DNA of 64,000 nt. Origin: Rhizobiaceae bacterium. Lineage in GTDB: Bacteria > Pseudomonadota > Alphaproteobacteria > Rhizobiales > Rhizobiaceae. How positions within the stretch are numbered: the stretch's first letter is position 1; the number at the start of each line of letters is the position of its first letter. Under the pieces are notes generated by a model. That model was not told where the DNA came from and ran no database searches. It saw nothing but the letters and a program-made list of their open reading frames with translations. The stretch spans positions 19,568-83,567 of the forward strand of contig DATMGE010000077.1 in NCBI GenBank assembly GCA_035555795.1. Direction: 5' to 3'. Below are positions 60,434-64,000 of the stretch, one piece after another. The translations under genes and the position numbers were made by a program.

Positions 60434-61181
60434 GGCCCGCTCCGATATAGGCGTCGAGGACGCGCGGATCCTTCGAGACGGTCGCATAATCGCCCTCCGC
60501 CAGAACCTTGCCGCGAGCCAGCACTGTGATGAAGTCCGATAGGGTCGAGACGACCGACAGATTGTGCTCCACCATCAATATGGTTCGATCCTTCGAGACG
60601 CGGCGGATCAGCTGGGTGATCCGGTCGACGTCGTCGGCGGCCATGCCGGCCATAGGCTCGTCCAGCAGCATCATTTCCGGGTCGAGCGCCAGCGTAGTGG
60701 CGATTTCGAGCGCCCGCTTGCGGCCGTAGGAGAGTTCGCCGGCCGCCGTGTCCAGGAAGGGCGTCAGGCCCACCGCCTCGACCAGTTCGCGGGCGCGCCC
60801 GTTGAGGTCGTCGAGAACCCGCTCCGACCGCCAGAAATTGAACGAATCCGGCCGCGCCCGCTGCAGCGCGATGCGGACATTCTCCAGCACGCTCATATGC
60901 GGAAAGACGGCCGAGATCTGGAAGGAGCGTATCAGGCCGAGACGGGCGATATCGGCCGGCTTGCGGCTGGTGATGTCCTGCCCCTTGTAGATGATCGTCC
61001 CGCGGGTCGGGGTCAGGAACTTGGTCAACAGGTTGAAGCAGGTCGTCTTGCCTGCGCCGTTCGGGCCGATGAGCGCATGGATCGTGCCGCGGCGAACATT
61101 GATGTCGACGCCGTCGACGGCCACGAAGCCCCTGAACTCCATTGCCAGCCCGCGAGCGGACAGGATGATGTCGTCGGCCAT
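60426..61181 (-). CDS. livG: ABC ATPase (LivG-like)
   Basis: GPNGAGKT, LSYGRKR, VEHN. Confidence 0.9.
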   Translation of the reverse strand: MADDIILSARGLAMEFRGFVAVDGVDINVRRGTIHALIGPNGAGKTTCFNLLTKFLTPTRGTIIYKGQDITSRKPADIARLGLIRSFQISAVFPHMSVLENVRIALQRARPDSFNFWRSERVLDDLNGRARELVEAVGLTPFLDTAAGELSYGRKRALEIATTLALDPEMMLLDEPMAGMAADDVDRITQLIRRVSKDRTILMVEHNLSVVSTLSDFITVLARGKVLAEGDYATVSKDPRVLDAYIGAGHA

Positions 61182-61351
61182 GAAGTCCTCCCTCCCGGCC
61201 CCTCATACAGGTCTAACGCCTGTTTTCATCGACGCTATTGAGGGCCGCATCGGGAGTCAAACATTTTCAATATCGGGCAAAAGAGTTCACCAGCATGAAC
61301 TTTTGCACTACAAATCCGGTTATGCCATTGAGCACCTTGTCGGGAGGTTGG

Positions 61352-62095
61352 ATGCGCGTCAGGCAGATCGAAAATGTCCTCGACCTGTTCGAGATATTCG
61401 CACGGGAACGGTCGCCGTTGACCCTGACGGCCCTGTCGCAGGCGATGGCCATTCCGAAATCCAGCACTTTCAACGTCATCGAGACGCTTGTCAGCCGCGG
61501 CTTCCTCTACGAAACGAAGCCGAGGGGCGGCTATTACCCGACACAGCGCCTGCTCGAACTGGCGCATGCGATGATGGAAGGAGACCCGCTCATCACGCGC
61601 ATTCACGGCCAGCTGGAGGAGCTCGCCGCGGCAAGCGGCGAGACGGCGGTGCTGTCGGCGCGCGAACGCGACGACATCGTCTATGTCGACGTCGTGGAGT
61701 CGACCGCGCCGATCCGCTATTTCGCCAAGGTCGGCGAAAGGCGGCCGATCTATACGACGTCGAGCGGCAAGGCCATTCTCACCACCTACGGGCCGGCGGA
61801 GCGAACAGGCATCCTGCGGACGCTGCGCTATTTCCCCTATCAGCAGGCGACCAAGAAGGATGCCGGCCAACTGGCTGCGGATCTCGACATGTCGATCCGG
61901 CGCGGCTGGTGCGAGGACCTGGCGGAATCCACCCCCGACGTCATGGGTCTCGGCGTTCCCGTCGTGACCGGAGGCCGCCGCTTCGGGCTCGCCGTCGCAG
62001 GCCCCATCTACAGGATGCAGGACAATCGCGAGACGCTGGTGGCGCATCTGCACGCCTGTGCCGCACGCATCAACGACCTGGCGGAGACGGGGTAG
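61352..62095 (+). CDS. IclR-family regulator
   Basis: IPKSSTFN..LVSRGF HTH, GETAVL, TSSGKA, VAGP; GGGAGG RBS. Confidence 0.92.
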   Translation: MRVRQIENVLDLFEIFARERSPLTLTALSQAMAIPKSSTFNVIETLVSRGFLYETKPRGGYYPTQRLLELAHAMMEGDPLITRIHGQLEELAAASGETAVLSARERDDIVYVDVVESTAPIRYFAKVGERRPIYTTSSGKAILTTYGPAERTGILRTLRYFPYQQATKKDAGQLAADLDMSIRRGWCEDLAESTPDVMGLGVPVVTGGRRFGLAVAGPIYRMQDNRETLVAHLHACAARINDLAETG

Positions 62096-62204
62096 GGGGA
62101 GAGCTCCCGCAGCAGGAAACGACGTTCAGGCCGGTTCATTTTCGCGGGTGCGACCCGGCCCGGCGATACGGCCATTCATGCCGCCGCTGTGAGACTGTTT
62201 GCGA

Positions 62205-62507
62205 TCAGCGTTTGCGCACGAATTCGGTGCGCAGCACCAGGCCCTTGATGCTGTCGTGCCGGCAGTCGATCTCTTCGGGATTGTCGGTCAGGCGGATCGA
62301 ACGGATGACCGTGCCCTGCTTGAGGGTCTGTCCGGCTCCCTTGACCTTCAGGTCCTTCACCAGCACCACGGAGTCGCCGTCGGCCAGCACGTTGCCGGAG
62401 GTGTCCCGCACTTCATTTCGGGCCGCAGCCTCCGCGGCGAGCTCCGATGCGGGGCGCCATTCGCCAGTCAGTTCGTCATATACATAGTCATCGTCCTGGC
62501 CGACCAT
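62205..62507 (-). CDS. phnA: PhnA/YjdM alkylphosphonate-utilization-family protein
   Basis: VRDTSGNVLADGDSV..KDLKVKG..LRTEFV; Zn-ribbon cysteines absent. Confidence 0.88.
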   Translation of the reverse strand: MVGQDDDYVYDELTGEWRPASELAAEAAARNEVRDTSGNVLADGDSVVLVKDLKVKGAGQTLKQGTVIRSIRLTDNPEEIDCRHDSIKGLVLRTEFVRKR

Positions 62508-62602
62508 TTCCGGACCCTCATCTCGTTGCAGATCGATCCGGCCCATGCCCGCCTGTGGCGACATATGTCAACAAGCGCATTTGCGGGCAGGTGATCCGGC
62601 GT

Positions 62603-62965
62603 CTAGCGACGTTTCGACCGGCGCAGGCTTGGCGCTCTGCCATATGCATGTCCGTCCGTCAGTTCCGGCTGGAATGCGACGGAGGATTTGCTGCGATCGG
62701 AGAGATGGATCAGGCCGGAGACTGGATGGCCGTTCTCCATCGTGTTCAGCCTAAGCTTGCCGGTGCGTCGATCGTCGCAAAATACCCTGGCCGAGGTAGT
62801 CACCGCACCGTAGACGCGCTCATAGGCGCCACGGCAGAAAACCAGCGGGGCATCGGTATTCACCACTGTGAACTGCTGGATCGTCACGGGACCGGAGCCG
62901 GGCGGCGGAGCGCTGGCATTACAACCCGCGATGAAGACAGCACCGCCAATCGCCCAAAACCGCAT
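62603..62965 (-). CDS. Small putative lipoprotein
   Basis: MRFWAIGGAVFIAG-C lipobox, GGAGG RBS, two further Cys. Confidence 0.6.
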   Translation of the reverse strand: MRFWAIGGAVFIAGCNASAPPPGSGPVTIQQFTVVNTDAPLVFCRGAYERVYGAVTTSARVFCDDRRTGKLRLNTMENGHPVSGLIHLSDRSKSSVAFQPELTDGHAYGRAPSLRRSKRR

Positions 62966-63293
62966 CCCCGCCTCCCAGGCCCACAAGGAATCAACCACAG
63001 CGATAAACTGTCGATCAATATCGACACCGGCACAATTCGGGAATTGCGTGCGAATGGAGACCGGCGAGCCGCAATCCTGACGAAGGTTGCTGTCGGGCTA
63101 TCGGCTGACCTGTCAGTTGCGAAGATGCTTGTCGCCAGAGTAGTCTGGACTCGTACTATTGAAATCACTGCGGTATTTCGCGCCGTCGCCGTCTAACTTC
63201 GGCCCTGTCGCCACAGTCGGTCGGACTCTCTCAGTCTATCGCCAGACAAACCTGGCCGCTGGCGGCCTACATCGGGGCTATGGACGACTCCGT

Positions 63294-64000
63294 TCAACGG
63301 TTCGCAATCGTGGTGAAATCTTCGACGGCGCGTCGAGAACCCTTGAGGCTGAACCGTCCGATCTCGATGCCATAACCGTTGAGAACAGTGAGATGGGTGC
63401 CGGTCGTGAATGCGGCCCAGAACATCCTCGTCTCCTCCGGATTGTTCGGAAGGTCGAAGGCGTAACTGTTGGTCTCGATATCTGCGTCAACGAATAGGCT
63501 GTACGGCTTGTCGTTCCCATGACCGAAGCGCAGCTCGACCCGGCTAGTCGCACCCGAAAGCCGCTGCTCCGGGAGCATGATCTCGACGAAGGTGTGTGAG
63601 CGGTGCGGGTAATGAGCGATCCGTAGGAGGGGGCTCATCTCTCGGCTTTCAAGGGCAATGAACGGCCGATTGATATTGGTGTTCATGAACACGCCCACGA
63701 GCCAGTCTTGGCGAGTCCAAGTTTCCAGCGCCAAGAGATGCGGAATCGCCCCAGCTTTGTCCGCATCGCGAATGTTGATCGAGTGGCGCTCAAGCTCTTC
63801 AGGAGTGAAGACGTACATGTCGTCGGGTGGGGTGCGCAGCATGCGCGATACCAGATGACTCGGCGTGTTGAACGTTACGAGTTCCTCGTAGATTTGGCTG
63901 ATGACTGCTTGAGTTAAGGACGGATCATTTACGCCTGAGATTTGATGCACCCCCAATAGACCGTCGGCAATACGCTCTCGGCCAGCAAGGAAAATGAGCG
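63294..64000 (-). CDS. Hypothetical protein with COG3904/ClpP-crotonase-like motif, 3' part (runs off window end)
   Basis: Frame open to the edge: LIFLAGRERIADGLLGVHQ..MLRTPPDDMYVFTPEEL. Confidence 0.65.
   Translation of the reverse strand, partial: LIFLAGRERIADGLLGVHQISGVNDPSLTQAVISQIYEELVTFNTPSHLVSRMLRTPPDDMYVFTPEELERHSINIRDADKAGAIPHLLALETWTRQDWLVGVFMNTNINRPFIALESREMSPLLRIAHYPHRSHTFVEIMLPEQRLSGATSRVELRFGHGNDKPYSLFVDADIETNSYAFDLPNNPEETRMFWAAFTTGTHLTVLNGYGIEIGRFSLKGSRRAVEDFTTIANR

Noticed and set aside
62205-62507. Phosphonoacetate hydrolase linked to the phn cluster
   Set aside because: This is the small YjdM-type PhnA, unrelated to that enzyme and about 10 kb from the cluster

Overview
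High-GC alphaproteobacterial (Rhizobiales-like) DNA that is almost fully coding. No rRNA, tRNA, CRISPR array, integrase or transposase was seen. Left to right: 5' part of a Cu/Ag P-type ATPase with a CueR-type promoter; modABC-modE; pyrE; a GlxA/DJ-1 pair; nrdAB behind tandem NrdR boxes and a cobalamin riboswitch; a nitronate monooxygenase/HPP/XdhC/DUF488/carbonic anhydrase/LysR block sharing a repeated operator-like motif; an SDR-E1alpha-E1beta-free lipoyl domain-VOC operon with no E2 or E3; a 49-aa glycine-zipper ORF facing an alpha-r14/cuckoo-type sRNA; a peptide ABC system; an atypical TrxB-like protein; a frameshifted oxidoreductase; catalase; an 'Fe3+-family' ABC system with Pho boxes; a LysR-quinone/catechol detox operon; a C-P lyase (phn) cluster; a lower-GC three-gene islet (GAF-LytTR regulator, secreted serine hydrolase, secreted RoxA-like di-heme cytochrome c) with a 21-bp-period direct repeat; a liv-type ABC system with IclR; phnA; and a lower-GC right end. 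Best leads: (1) NrdB has the class Ic (Mn/Fe, tyrosyl-radical-less) signature and is under B12 control; (2) the LytTR/di-heme/hydrolase islet; (3) the putative LysR regulon; (4) the E2-less ThDP/lipoyl operon. All calls come from reading motifs by eye; no searches were run.
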